From positions 930,001 to 994,000 of the forward strand of contig NC_047083.1 in assembly GCF_902459465.1 (NCBI RefSeq): a stretch of 64,000 nt of DNA, written 5' to 3'. Both the position numbers and the translations under genes were made by a program. Shown here one piece after another: positions 48,098 through 58,789 of the stretch. Position 1 is the first letter of the stretch; every line of letters starts with the position of its first letter. The DNA is from Asterias rubens (taxonomy: Eukaryota). Below the pieces are notes generated by a model that saw only the letters and a program-made list of their open reading frames with translations, did not search any database and was not told the DNA's origin.

Positions 48098-48702
48098 ATT
48101 TGAATTCTAAGACAACCGTCAGCATGTACACTCTGGCGAACAAAACTTTTGTTTGTGACATTTGCGGAAAATCGTTTTCTCATAAATGCAGCCTAACTGA
48201 CCATCACAGAGTCCACACTGGAGAAAGACCATTTGTTTGTGGCATTTGTGGAACAGATTTTTCAAGTAAAACCAGCCTTACCCGTCACCTGAGAGTCCAC
48301 ACTGGAGAGAAACCATTTGCTTGTGACATTTGCGGAAAAGCGTTCTCTCATAAAAGCAGCCTAACTGACCATCACAGAGTCCACACTGGAGAAAGACCAT
48401 TTGTTTGTGACATTTGTGGAACAGATTTTCCAAGTAAAACCAGCCTTACCCGTCACCTGAGAGTCCATACTGGAGAGAAATCATTTGTTTGTGACATTTG
48501 TTGAAAAGCCTTTTCTCATAAAAACAGTTTAACTGACCATCACAGAGTCCACAAAGGAGAGAAACCATTTGTTTGTTACATTTGTGGGAAAGCGTTTTCT
48601 AAAAAAACCAATTTAAGAAGTCACCAGAGAAGTCACACTGGAGAGAAACATTTTGTGTCAGATGAAACCTTTCTGAAAGTCCTATCAGAATGTAAATACT
48701 GA
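48098..48702 (+). pseudogene. ZNF-B4, truncated or disabled C2H2 array (possible leader exon 47165..47234)
   Basis: TACAG acceptor ends at 48097. A premature TGA at 48502-48504 replaces the Gly codon after CDIC. Two further fingers follow, then a +1 frameshift relative to the ZNF-C1 tail. Confidence 0.75.
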
Positions 48703-48942
48703 TGAGGGGGCGAGAAAATGTACAATTTTGCAGAGAAAACCACTTTATTGGGAAAGACTTCTTTTGTTCTTTAAGGCTTGACATTCTTTTAGACCCAAAG
48801 AAACTTGGTGGTTGTCTGGTGTGCAATTCCTTCAAGTTGCTTCGGTCACTGACGGAAGCATCGCTTATAAGGCCTGTGGTTTCTAGCCCTGTGGTTTTCT
48901 TTTGGCAAGCTCAACTATAACGCTCGGGGTTCTCTCGACTTG

Positions 48943-49333
48943 TTAAAGACAGTGGACAATATTGGTAATTGTCAAAGACCAGTCTTCTTACTTGGTGTAT
49001 CTCAACATATGCATAAAATAATAAACATGTAAAAATTTGAGCTTGATTGGTCGTCGGAGTTGCAAGATAAATATGAAAGAAAAAACACTTTTGTCACACA
49101 TAGTTGTGTGTTTTCAGATCCTTGATTTCGAGACCTCAAAAAAAATTCTAAATCTGAGGTATCGAAATCAAATTTGTGGAAATTTTTTCTTTCTCAAAAA
49201 CTACGTCACTTCAGAGGGAGCTGTTTCTCAGAATGTTTTATACTATCAACCTCTCCCCATTACTTGTTTCCATGTCAGGTTTTATGCTAATAATATTTTG
49301 AGTAATTACCAATAGTGTCCACTGCCTTTTTAA
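48943..49333 (+). mobile_element. K1 Kolobok-like MITE
   Basis: TIRs and TTAA present. Partial K1 copies also lie at about 12716-12811, 34611-34800, 55610-55797 and 58420-58727. Confidence 0.8.
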
Positions 49334-50247
49334 GCACTTTCTGCGAATGCGAATGCAAAGTGAATGTTGACGTCACAAATTAGCAACGAATAAATCACAG
49401 CAGTTCAACTCTGCTCTACTTGCGAATATTGCTGCGAGAGGAGGGTTTGTGACATTAAATTCACATCAAATTCGCTTAGCATTTGCATGAAGTATGAACG
49501 GGCTACAAATACTTCTCCTATATGGTTAGAACGTCTTGTTAGTTTGGAATATTGAGTAAAGAACAATTTAGTGACCAGGCTCGAAAAAGGGTTTCTAAAG
49601 GATGTCATGCCGAAAACCGAAGTTACTGTAAATAGATAAAGATCCATTTCAACATGATGGGTAACTCCCTTTGAAATATTTTTGTTTGAAAATTGCTATC
49701 CTTTTTAGAAATTAGTAAAACAATTAGTTTTGATCCCATGAGTCGAAAACTCAATGTTTGAAAACAGCAAAAATACTTGGGGCTTATTTCCATCACTTTT
49801 TCTGGTGATTGCAATGATATTTCTGTAAGATATGTTTCATGTTATTTGTTAATTCATTTTAGTCTTTTATGTTCATTAGCCTAAGTTGGCTTTTATTAAG
49901 TTTGTTTAAGAAAATATTTCTAGAACTACATTTTCTATTAAATACTTCGTTACAACAGGAGAATTTTTGTACAACTTTGTTGTTTTTCAATTAGTTAGGC
50001 CTAGGATCACCTGTCTTGAGTCAAGTTAAAAACAACCCCCCCCCCCCTCCCACTCCTAGAACTATTTCGGTTTCGTCCGGCTATCGTCTCCCGCAACTCC
50101 CCCCCCCCCCCCCCCCCAAAAAAAAAAAAAAAAAAAAAAAAAAGGTTATCCTCAGCAAAAATGTATGAATTGATTCAAGTTGAAAACAATAAAAAATTCC
50201 CCTTACAAAATCCTTGAAACAATGAAACAATAGCCAAAAATGCATAG

Positions 50248-50449
50248 GGGTGACTTTGTCAGGGGGCGACCATGGGGCGACTGTGTCTGGGGCGACTTTG
50301 TAGGGGAGACATTGTGAGAAGGCGAGTTTGTACACGGAGGGGGCGAGCTTGCTGGGGGCGACTTTGTAGGGAGCAACTTTGCCAGGGGCGAGATGACTGG
50401 CGTTCTTATTAATAATGGGCGAGATGACTGGCCTTTCTTATTAATAATG
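50248..50449. repeat. Degenerate GGGGCGACTTTG repeats plus a ~31-bp tandem duplication
   Basis: About 9 GGGCGA-type units, and GGGCGAGATGACTGGC..TTCTTATTAATAATG twice. Confidence 0.7.
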
Positions 50450-50454
50450 AACGA

Positions 50455-50574
50455 TAGAGGGCGTTTGTTAATCGTTCGTCAATAAAGAAAGCGTACGTGT
50501 GATGATGTGAGTGATTTTTGTCAACATTAGACGGACCGTTCGACAAATTCCCATCAAAACACTTCCAGGTATGT
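50455..50574 (+). promoter_or_regulatory. Putative promoter/first exon upstream of ZNF-C1..C3
   Basis: TAGAGGGCG at 50455 and donor CAG|GTATGT at 50569. GGGCGA repeats lie upstream. Confidence 0.55.
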
Positions 50575-51209
50575 TTTTATTTTAGTTTGTTTGTTAATTA
50601 ACAGTGCATTTGCCACAGTCTTATTAGAGGCCAGACATTACATGTTCTTTAGTCTCGTACGCTTTCTGAGAGTTGGTAAACTATGGACCATTTCGGACTA
50701 AGCTGAGCATCAGCAAATGATTAACTTTCAATCAAAATTTAGAAACGGTCAACCAAAAACTGCACCATAATCCATCAAAGACCTCTGTAAATTGACTTTG
50801 AACTCACATGAGATGTTGTCGATATAAGATGGTATGTTGTTGTCTGACACGTTTTTCAAAACATAAGAGAAATCCTCGTCTTAAAATCTGAACCAAATGC
50901 TCAAAGTAGTTCTAGAATTAAGAAAGAAGACATTTAAATTTGTGAGTGAGTAGTGACATTTGTAAACTCTTGAGTTGAGTTGAAGGATAAATTTCCATAT
51001 GGCGCCACCACGTTTTTACTCATTTTATTTTTAACAAAATGGGATATCTCGTTGTCATTGAGGTAAATTAGTATTCTACCCACATGTAGCTACGCTAGCC
51101 AGGGGAATCATATCAAATGAAAAAGTGGGGGCGCCATACATGCCATACGGAAACTTTCCAAGTTGAACTTTGAAGTTAGCTAAAATTACACGTAAGTAAG
51201 TGTGTTCTT

Positions 51210-51508
51210 GATGTATATTTGGTTTGCGGTAACACCATGTGTGTATCTACTTGCCAGGTAGAGTTGTTCTTGGGGAACTGTCTTGCTTTACTCTACTGCC
51301 GTGGAGTATATTGTTGGAGGTTCGGGAGACTTCTCAGTTCTGAAAATAACTGTCCTGTTTTTTAACTGTTACCAGGGCGGATGGTATAGAAATTAGACTA
51401 GACTACTACTTTAGCTTATAGGATCGTAATTAACTGTACTGCCACGGAGTCAGTTCTGAAATTGGTCTCAACGTTTCGACTAGCTTGCTCTAGTCATCGT
51501 CACAAATT
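51210..51508 (-). mobile_element. 299-bp hammerhead-bearing insertion (Penelope-like/retrozyme-like) with a 13-bp TSD
   Basis: Flanked by TAAGTGTGTTCTT at 51197-51209 and 51509-51521. The minus-strand 5' end reads gTGACGA t GACTAG agcaag CTAGTC GAAA CGTT gagacc. Confidence 0.7.
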
Positions 51509-51870
51509 TAAGTGTGTTCTTCAGTCTGGCATTGAACACTGCATGTGCATGGGTCTAGAAAATCCATGCCTCATTTTAAATGCATGGGTCTAGAAAATCA
51601 TTGCCTCATTTTAAACTCTCTAGCACTAGCAGAGGGTTGTTTAAAGCAATACGTTTGCTGTAGCAGCTCTTTGAAGTTGGGAATTACCAAAAGTATACCC
51701 TGTCTTTTGGTGATCATGAGTGTGTTCACCATTAAAACACAGCAATTTGGCAAATAAGAGAACAAATTTGTTTTACTATTTACCAGAAGTTCTAGAAAAA
51801 AACTACTTATTTATAAATTTATGAGTGACACTTGTAAAAAATTTCTCCCATTAACACAGTGAGAAAGCAC

Positions 51871-53017
51871 CGAAGAGTCTGCACTGGAGAGAAACCATTT
51901 GTTAGCGATCTTGTGGATTGTATTTCTCACAAGCACTTCATTTGACTATCCATCAGCGCGTCCGCACTGGAGAAAAATCATTTGATTCTGACGTTTGGGG
52001 AAAAGCTTTTTCTCAAAAAGGTTACTCTAAATATACACCAGATAGTGACTTGTCCACACTGGAAAAAAAACATTTGTTCAGACATTTGTGGGAAAGCATT
52101 TTCTAAAAAGAGCAATTTAAGAAGTCGCCAAAGAAATCACACTTGAGGAAAACCATTTGTTTGTGACGTTTTAGGAAATGCCTATTCAAGTAAACGTCAA
52201 ATGAAAGACCATAAGTGTGTCCACACTGGAGAAAGACCATTTTGTTTGTGACATTTGTGGAACAGATTTTTCAAGTAAAGCCAGCCTTATCCGCCACATG
52301 AGAACCCACACTGGAGAAAAACCATTTGTTTGTGGCGTTTGTAGAAAAGCATTTTCTCATAAAAGCATCCTAACTGACCATCAGAGAGTCCACACTGGAG
52401 AGAGACCATTTGTTTGTGACCTTTGTGGAACAGATTTTTCAAGGAAAGCCCATCTTACCCGTCACCTGAGATTCCACACTGGAGAGAAACCATTTATTTG
52501 TGACATTTGTGGGAAAGCGTTTTCTGACAAGAGCAATTTAAAAAGTCACAAAAAAAACCACACAGGAGAGAAACCATTTGTTTGTGACATTTGTGGAACA
52601 GATTTTTCAAGGAACACCAGCCTTATTCGTCACCTGAGAGTCCACACTGGAGAGAAACCATTTGTTTGTGACAGCTGTGGAAAGGTCTTTTCTCAGAAAA
52701 ACAGTCTAACTGACCATCACAGAGTCCACACTGGAGAGAAACCATTTGTTTGCGACATTTGTGGGAAAGCATTTTCTCATAATAGCAATTTAAGAAGTCA
52801 CCAGAGAACCCACACTGGAGAGAAACCATTTGTTTGTGACATTTGTGGGAAAGCGTTTTCTCATAATGGCAATTTAAGAATTCACCAAAGAAATCACACT
52901 GGAGAGAAACATTTTGTGTCACATGAAACCTTTCTGAAAAGCCATCAGAATGTAAATACTGACATGACTGATGAGAAACCATGTTTGCAGCGTTTGCAGA
53001 GTGGCCTTATCAATTAA
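51871..53017 (+). pseudogene. ZNF-C1: C2H2 array with a frameshifted 5' part and an intact 3' ORF (52217..53017)
   Basis: 51871-52245 is finger DNA with frameshifts and stops. An open run of about 8 fingers follows to TAA 53017. A truncated protein from an internal ATG cannot be excluded. Confidence 0.65.
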
Positions 53018-53398
53018 AACCACTTTTTGGGGGAAGACTTCTTTTGTTCTCCTTCTTTAAGGCGTGACATTCTTTTGGACCCACAAAAGCTTTGTGCTCT
53101 GGAAACTTGGCACAGAACTTATTAATGGTGTATTTTGAAGATTGCTATAAAAATAGTGTTTCCAGGCCTAAAATTTCATCTGTGACAGCTAGGGGTTAAG
53201 GGTGTTTGAATGTCCTTAAAGTCTATGGGAACTAGTGAAGAGGCACCACGACGAGGGCAACAGAGGTCATGACCTGTAATATCTCTTGGAAAGAAAACAA
53301 AACTTAACAAAGAACACCTGTCTACTAACTTGCCATGAGCATAGCTGCCTTTGAGATTCTGGTATGGCATTAAAAAGAAAACAATTCTTCAATAGAAT

Positions 53399-55171
53399 AT
53401 GAATTGTGGGGAAAATACTTTTGAAATTGTGTGCAACGTTGGTCATAAATCTATCTCCCATAAACAAAAGACGCAGAGAGATCACTTTGAGGAGAAACCA
53501 GTTGTTTGTGACATTTGTGGAAAAACATTTTCCGGACAAAATTGTCTTACCAACCATCAACGCGTCCACACCAGAGAGAAACAATTCGTTTGTAGTACTT
53601 GTGGAAAAGCTTTCCTCCGAGAATCACACTTAAAAGTGCATCAGCGAGGCCACACTGGAGAAAAACCATTTGTTTGTAATATTTGTGGAAATGCCTATTC
53701 AAGAAAGCAAGGGCTGACCAATCATCAGCTTGTCCACACTGGAGAGAAACAATTTGTTTGTGATGTTTGTGGGAAACAATTTTTGTTGAAATATTACCTA
53801 AACACTCATCAGCGTGTCCATACTGGAGAGAAACCATACGCTTGTGACTTATGTGACAAAACTTTCACTAAGAAATCATCCCTGACGGAGCATCAGCGTG
53901 TCCACACTGGAGAGAAACCTTTTGCTTGTAACACTTGTGGAAAAGCTTTCTTCAATAGTTCGTCACTGAGCACACATCAGCGTGTCCACACCGGTGAGAA
54001 ACCATTTGGATGTGACATTTGTGGAAAATCCTTTTCACAAAAAAATGGCCTAACCACCCATAAGTGTTTCAACACTGAAGAGAGACCTTTTGTTTGTGAA
54101 ACTTGTGACAAAACCTTCTCACAAAAGCAACACATGATCAACCATCAGCATGTCCACATCGAAAAGAAACCAAGTGAATGCGACACTTGTGGAAAAGTTT
54201 TCTTAACTAAATCAAAATTAGAACTCCATCAGCGTGTCCACACCGGAGAGAAACCATTTGTTTGTGGTATTTGTGGAAAAGCTTTTTCACATAGTTCCAC
54301 ACTGACAGTCCATCAGCATGTCCACACTGGAGAAAAACCATTTGTTTGTGACATCTGTGGAAAAGCATTCAGTCGTAAATCAAAAGTAGAAACCCATCAA
54401 CGTGTCCACACTGGAGAGAAACCATTTGTTTGTAACATTTGTGGAAAAGCTTTCTCGCATAGATGGACACTGAAATGCCATAAAGGAGTCCACGCTGAAA
54501 CGAAACCATTCTTTTGTGACATCTGTGGAAAAAACTTCAGTTGTAAGTCAAGTGTAGAGACCCATCGGCGTGTCCACACTGGAGAGAAACCTTACGCTTG
54601 TGACTTATGTGAAAAAGCTTTCACAAAGAAATCATCCCTGACGGAACATCAGCGTATTCACACTGGTGAGAAACCATTCTCTTGTGACTTATGTGAAAAA
54701 GCTTTCACGAAGAAATCAGCCCTTACAGATCATCAGCGTACCCACACTGGAGAGAAACCATTTGAATGTGGCATATGTGGAAAAGCCTACACACAAAAAA
54801 GTGCCTTAACTACCCACATGCGTGTCCACACTGGAAAGAAACCATTTGTTTGTAACATTTGTGGAAAAGCTTTCTCGCATAGATGGTCACTGAAATGCCA
54901 CCAGAGAGTCCACACTGGAAAGAAACCACTCGTTTTTGGCATCTGTGGAGAAGCCTTCAGTTGTGAGTCAAGTGTAGAGACCCATCGGCGTGTCCACATT
55001 GAAGAGGGACCATTCGTTAGTGACATTTGTGGACAAGCTTTCTCAGACGGCAATGCACTGACTACCCATCCGCATGACAGCTCTGAAGAGAAACCATTAG
55101 TTTGTGACCTGTGTGGAGAAGTCTTCAGCAACATTAGCGAAATTATTCATCATAATCAAGAACACACTTAA
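53399..55171 (+). CDS. C2H2 zinc-finger protein ZNF-C2 (590 aa, about 20 fingers including degenerate C-terminal ones)
   Basis: Open ZF ORF. The ATG lies 3 nt after an AG acceptor ending at 53395. Confidence 0.88.
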   Translation: MNCGENTFEIVCNVGHKSISHKQKTQRDHFEEKPVVCDICGKTFSGQNCLTNHQRVHTREKQFVCSTCGKAFLRESHLKVHQRGHTGEKPFVCNICGNAYSRKQGLTNHQLVHTGEKQFVCDVCGKQFLLKYYLNTHQRVHTGEKPYACDLCDKTFTKKSSLTEHQRVHTGEKPFACNTCGKAFFNSSSLSTHQRVHTGEKPFGCDICGKSFSQKNGLTTHKCFNTEERPFVCETCDKTFSQKQHMINHQHVHIEKKPSECDTCGKVFLTKSKLELHQRVHTGEKPFVCGICGKAFSHSSTLTVHQHVHTGEKPFVCDICGKAFSRKSKVETHQRVHTGEKPFVCNICGKAFSHRWTLKCHKGVHAETKPFFCDICGKNFSCKSSVETHRRVHTGEKPYACDLCEKAFTKKSSLTEHQRIHTGEKPFSCDLCEKAFTKKSALTDHQRTHTGEKPFECGICGKAYTQKSALTTHMRVHTGKKPFVCNICGKAFSHRWSLKCHQRVHTGKKPLVFGICGEAFSCESSVETHRRVHIEEGPFVSDICGQAFSDGNALTTHPHDSSEEKPLVCDLCGEVFSNISEIIHHNQEHT

Positions 55172-55842
55172 AGGTACATGTATCTGCCACAGATTTGTTT
55201 TATTTGTTCTTTTGTGACATTTGTGGAGCAAATCAATAGTAAGGACATACCTTTAAACTTTGTAGCGAAGCATTTTATCAAAAGGGAAGTCTAAATAGAC
55301 ACCTGGAGAGAGACCATTAATTTTATGGACACATCTAGAAACTTAAGAGTAGTGTTTCAAAACACCAGTGAAACTCTACTGGAAAGAAACTCTTTTGTGA
55401 CCTTTATATGGGAAAGCCCTTCTTTTGTGGTTGAAAATTGAAAGCCAATCAGCGTGAGGTTTGTGAAACAAAAAATATTTTCACATCAAAACACCATTGT
55501 CGGCTTCTTGAGAATACACTAATATTAAGTAGCATACTATAGCGTAGATTTTGAGAAAGAGGTCATTTCTCACTAAAATATTTTCACTAAAATATTGAAA
55601 AAATTTAGCCAGAAGTCTTTGATTCCCATCTGAAAGCCCACAAATTCGTCCAACATGGGTGTTTTTTCTTTCATCGTTTTCTCAAAACTTTGATGACCAA
55701 TTGAGCCCAAATTTTCACAGCCTTGTTATTTTATGCATATGTTGGGATACACCAAGTGGAAAGACTGGTCTTTGACAAAAGTGTTCTGTGCCTTTAGAAT
55801 AATGGTAATTTATTGTACATTTGTTTTTCTTTCCAGACTGAA

Positions 55843-57681
55843 ATGAATTCTGTTGAGGAGAGATTTATTTGTGAACTTTGCGGGGAAACCTACTCTGAAA
55901 AACTGCAACTGGACAAACATCGAACGACCCATAATTGGAAGTCACTGGGAGAATGTGTCTGTCCCATATGTAATAAATCTTTCCCGCATGATTGCAGACC
56001 GACTGAGAACCAAAAAGTCCACACTGAAGAGAACTTATTTGTTTGTGACATTTGTGGAGAACGTTTTACTGATAAGCAAGTACTTAGTGACCATCACAAT
56101 ACTCACAATATGCAAACGCTATATGGTTGTGACATTTGTGGACAAGTTTTTTCACAAAGAAATTTGTTGACTGCCCATAAACGTACCCACTCTAAAGAAA
56201 CTTCGTTTGTCTGTGATATTTGTGACAAATCGTATGCAAGTAAACGTAATCTAAGCATCCATCAGCGTGTACACACATTATACAAGCCGTTTGCTTGTGG
56301 CTTTTGTGGAAGAGCCTTTTCACGAAAACATCGCTTGGTCAGCCATCAGCGTATCCACACAGGAGAGAAACCATATGTTTGTGACGTTTGTGGGAAAGCA
56401 TTTTCACTTAAACCCTCCCTTATAGGCCACAAGAGAATTCACACTGGAGAGAAACCATTCGTTTGTGATGTTTGTGGGAAAGCATTTTCTCTCATGACGA
56501 CCCTCACCGGCCACCAGCGAACTCACACTGGAAAGAAATGCTATGTCTGTCCAATTTGTGGGAAAGCCTGCCCTTCTAAAAAGACTTTATCCAAGCATCG
56601 GCATGTCCACACTGGAGAAAAAACATCTGTCTGTGACATGTGTGGAAAAGCCTTCTCGCAAAAAAACAAACTGGACACCAATCAGAGTGGCTACCTTGGA
56701 GAAAACCCTCTTGTTTGCGACATTTGTGAAAAAACGCTGGCAATGAGGTGTAACCCGATCCTTAAGCCTGCCCCCACTGAAGTAAAACCTTTTGTTTGTA
56801 ACATTTGTGGGAAAGTATTCAATTGTGAAGAGGACTTTAGAGAACACGAGCTTGTCCACACTAGAGAAAAAGTGTTTGTTTGTGACATTTGTGGGAAAGT
56901 TTTTAATTGTGTAAAGAACTTTCGAGAACATGAGCTTGTCCACACTATAGAAAAAGCGTTTGTTTGTGACATTTGTGGGAAAGTTTTTAATTTTGAACAG
57001 AACTTACGAGAACATGAGCATGTGCACACTAGAGAAAACGTAGTGTTTGTTTGTGACATTTGTGGGAAAGCGTTTTCACAAAAATTTCTCCTGACCAACC
57101 ATCAACATGTCCACACTGTAGAGAATTCATTGGTTTGTGCTATTTGCGACAAATCATTTGCAAGTAAGCGTAACCTAAGTGTTCATCAGCGCGTCCACAC
57201 TTTACATAAGCCCTTCGCTTGTGGCTTTTGCGGAAAAGCTTTCTCACGAAAACATCGCCTGGTCAGCCATCAGCGTATCCACACTGGAGAGAAACCATAT
57301 GTTTGTGACGTTTGTGGGAAAGCATTTACAATCAAAACTACCCTAACCGGACACAAGAGAACCCACACTGGAGAGAAACCATATGGTTGTGACGTTTGTG
57401 GGAAAGCATTTTCACTGAAAACCACCCTAACATGCCATCAAAGAGTCCACACTGGTGTAAGACCGTATGTTTGTGACACTTGTGGAAAAGCATTTCCTCA
57501 AAAAGGAGGTCTAAATGCGCACCAGAAAATCCATGCCAAAGAGAAGCGATTTATTTGTGACATTTGTGGTGAACGTTTTACTTATGTGCGTAGTCTTATT
57601 GATCATCAACAAACTCACTCTGAAGAGAAAGCAAATGTTTCTGGGTTTTTTAGAAAGTGTACACAAGAAGAGGCTGTCTAA
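55843..57681 (+). CDS. C2H2 zinc-finger protein ZNF-C3 (about 21 finger units, 3 degenerate)
   Basis: Strong acceptor TTTTCTTTCCAG ends at 55836 and the first ATG in the exon is at 55843. The ORF-track start at 55813 is intronic. Confidence 0.88.
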   Translation: MNSVEERFICELCGETYSEKLQLDKHRTTHNWKSLGECVCPICNKSFPHDCRPTENQKVHTEENLFVCDICGERFTDKQVLSDHHNTHNMQTLYGCDICGQVFSQRNLLTAHKRTHSKETSFVCDICDKSYASKRNLSIHQRVHTLYKPFACGFCGRAFSRKHRLVSHQRIHTGEKPYVCDVCGKAFSLKPSLIGHKRIHTGEKPFVCDVCGKAFSLMTTLTGHQRTHTGKKCYVCPICGKACPSKKTLSKHRHVHTGEKTSVCDMCGKAFSQKNKLDTNQSGYLGENPLVCDICEKTLAMRCNPILKPAPTEVKPFVCNICGKVFNCEEDFREHELVHTREKVFVCDICGKVFNCVKNFREHELVHTIEKAFVCDICGKVFNFEQNLREHEHVHTRENVVFVCDICGKAFSQKFLLTNHQHVHTVENSLVCAICDKSFASKRNLSVHQRVHTLHKPFACGFCGKAFSRKHRLVSHQRIHTGEKPYVCDVCGKAFTIKTTLTGHKRTHTGEKPYGCDVCGKAFSLKTTLTCHQRVHTGVRPYVCDTCGKAFPQKGGLNAHQKIHAKEKRFICDICGERFTYVRSLIDHQQTHSEEKANVSGFFRKCTQEEAV

Positions 57682-57893
57682 ATGGACCTGTGTATTTTTT
57701 CGACAGTCTGGAATTTTTTTTTATATGATGGTTTTGTTTCAGTGTCGTGTACATAACCATGTTTTAAAAATGTAAGATCCGGAACAACCTACACTCGGGA
57801 AAAGGGCAAACCTGAAAAAACATCAAACAACTCACTTTCAGATGTCATTGAAAAATGTGCTACGATTGTTTTGTGTTAATTAGTTTTTGTGCT

Positions 57894-58263
57894 TTAAAGG
57901 AACACGTTGCCTTGGATAGGTCGAGTTGGTCTTTGAAAAGCGTTTGTAATCGTTTGCTATAAAAAGCATATGATTAAAAAAATGATTTCAAAGTAGAATA
58001 CAATGATCCACACAAATTTGCCTCGAAATTGCGTGGTTTTCCTTTTACTTTGCGAACTAACACGGTCGGCCATTTATCCATAAATGGCCGACCGTGTTAG
58101 TTGACAAGGTAAAAGGAAAACCATGCAAATTCGAGTGATACTTGTGTGGATTATTATATTCTACTTTTAAAATATCTTTCTAATCATATGCATTTTACAA
58201 CAAACGGTTACAAACGCTTTTCAAAGACCAACTCGACCGATCCAAGGCAACATGTTCGTTTAA
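57894..58263. mobile_element. Foldback Kolobok-like MITE family K2
   Basis: Same TIRs and internal palindrome as 36002-36390. Confidence 0.8.
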
Positions 58264-58590
58264 GCAGCTGTATGAACTTGAGCTCTGTAACACATTTCTT
58301 AGAGCTGCTTAAGCAGATGTTGCTTATCAATGTTCTGCTAAGTAAAATTGATTAGGAAACAAAGTGTACTTTTTACTTGGTACTTAAAGCTTATAAACTG
58401 ACTCATAAATATTTTGTGTTTGGTTAGTTTTTGCAGCTGGACGCACACAAGTTTATGCACCAAAACAATGATGTTTTTCTTTCATTATTTTCTTGCAACT
58501 TCAATGATCAATTGAGGCAAAATTTGTATGCATCTTGTGGGATACAAGAAGTAAGCACACTGGTCTATGACAATTACAAAAGGTGTCCAG

Positions 58591-58714
58591 TCATCGATTT
58601 CATCAAAATCTTTCTAATTTCAGTTCAGTTCCGTATCCAAAGACGTCGGCACATTGAACCCATCCTAAGTTAGGACGCGATAGGATTAATCCTAGCGTTT
58701 CATGAAATCGGCTG
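58591..58714 (+). mobile_element. Harbinger-like MITE H1 nested in a K1 TIR (CAG TSD)
   Basis: Removing it plus one CAG restores AGGTGTCCAGTGCCTTTAA. Confidence 0.75.
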
Positions 58715-58789
58715 CAGTGCCTTTAAAAAATTGACTTGACATCTTGGAAGTAAAGTCTGCCATCTGTATTGGCATTTATTTCATTTTTT

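Noticed and set aside
49578-49620. Hammerhead-like TCGAAAA...GCCGAAA
   Set aside because: No convincing stem I or stem II.
43221-55813. ORF-track starts at 43221, 45490, 48007 and 55813
   Set aside because: They fall upstream of clear 3' splice acceptors, in intron polypyrimidine sequence.
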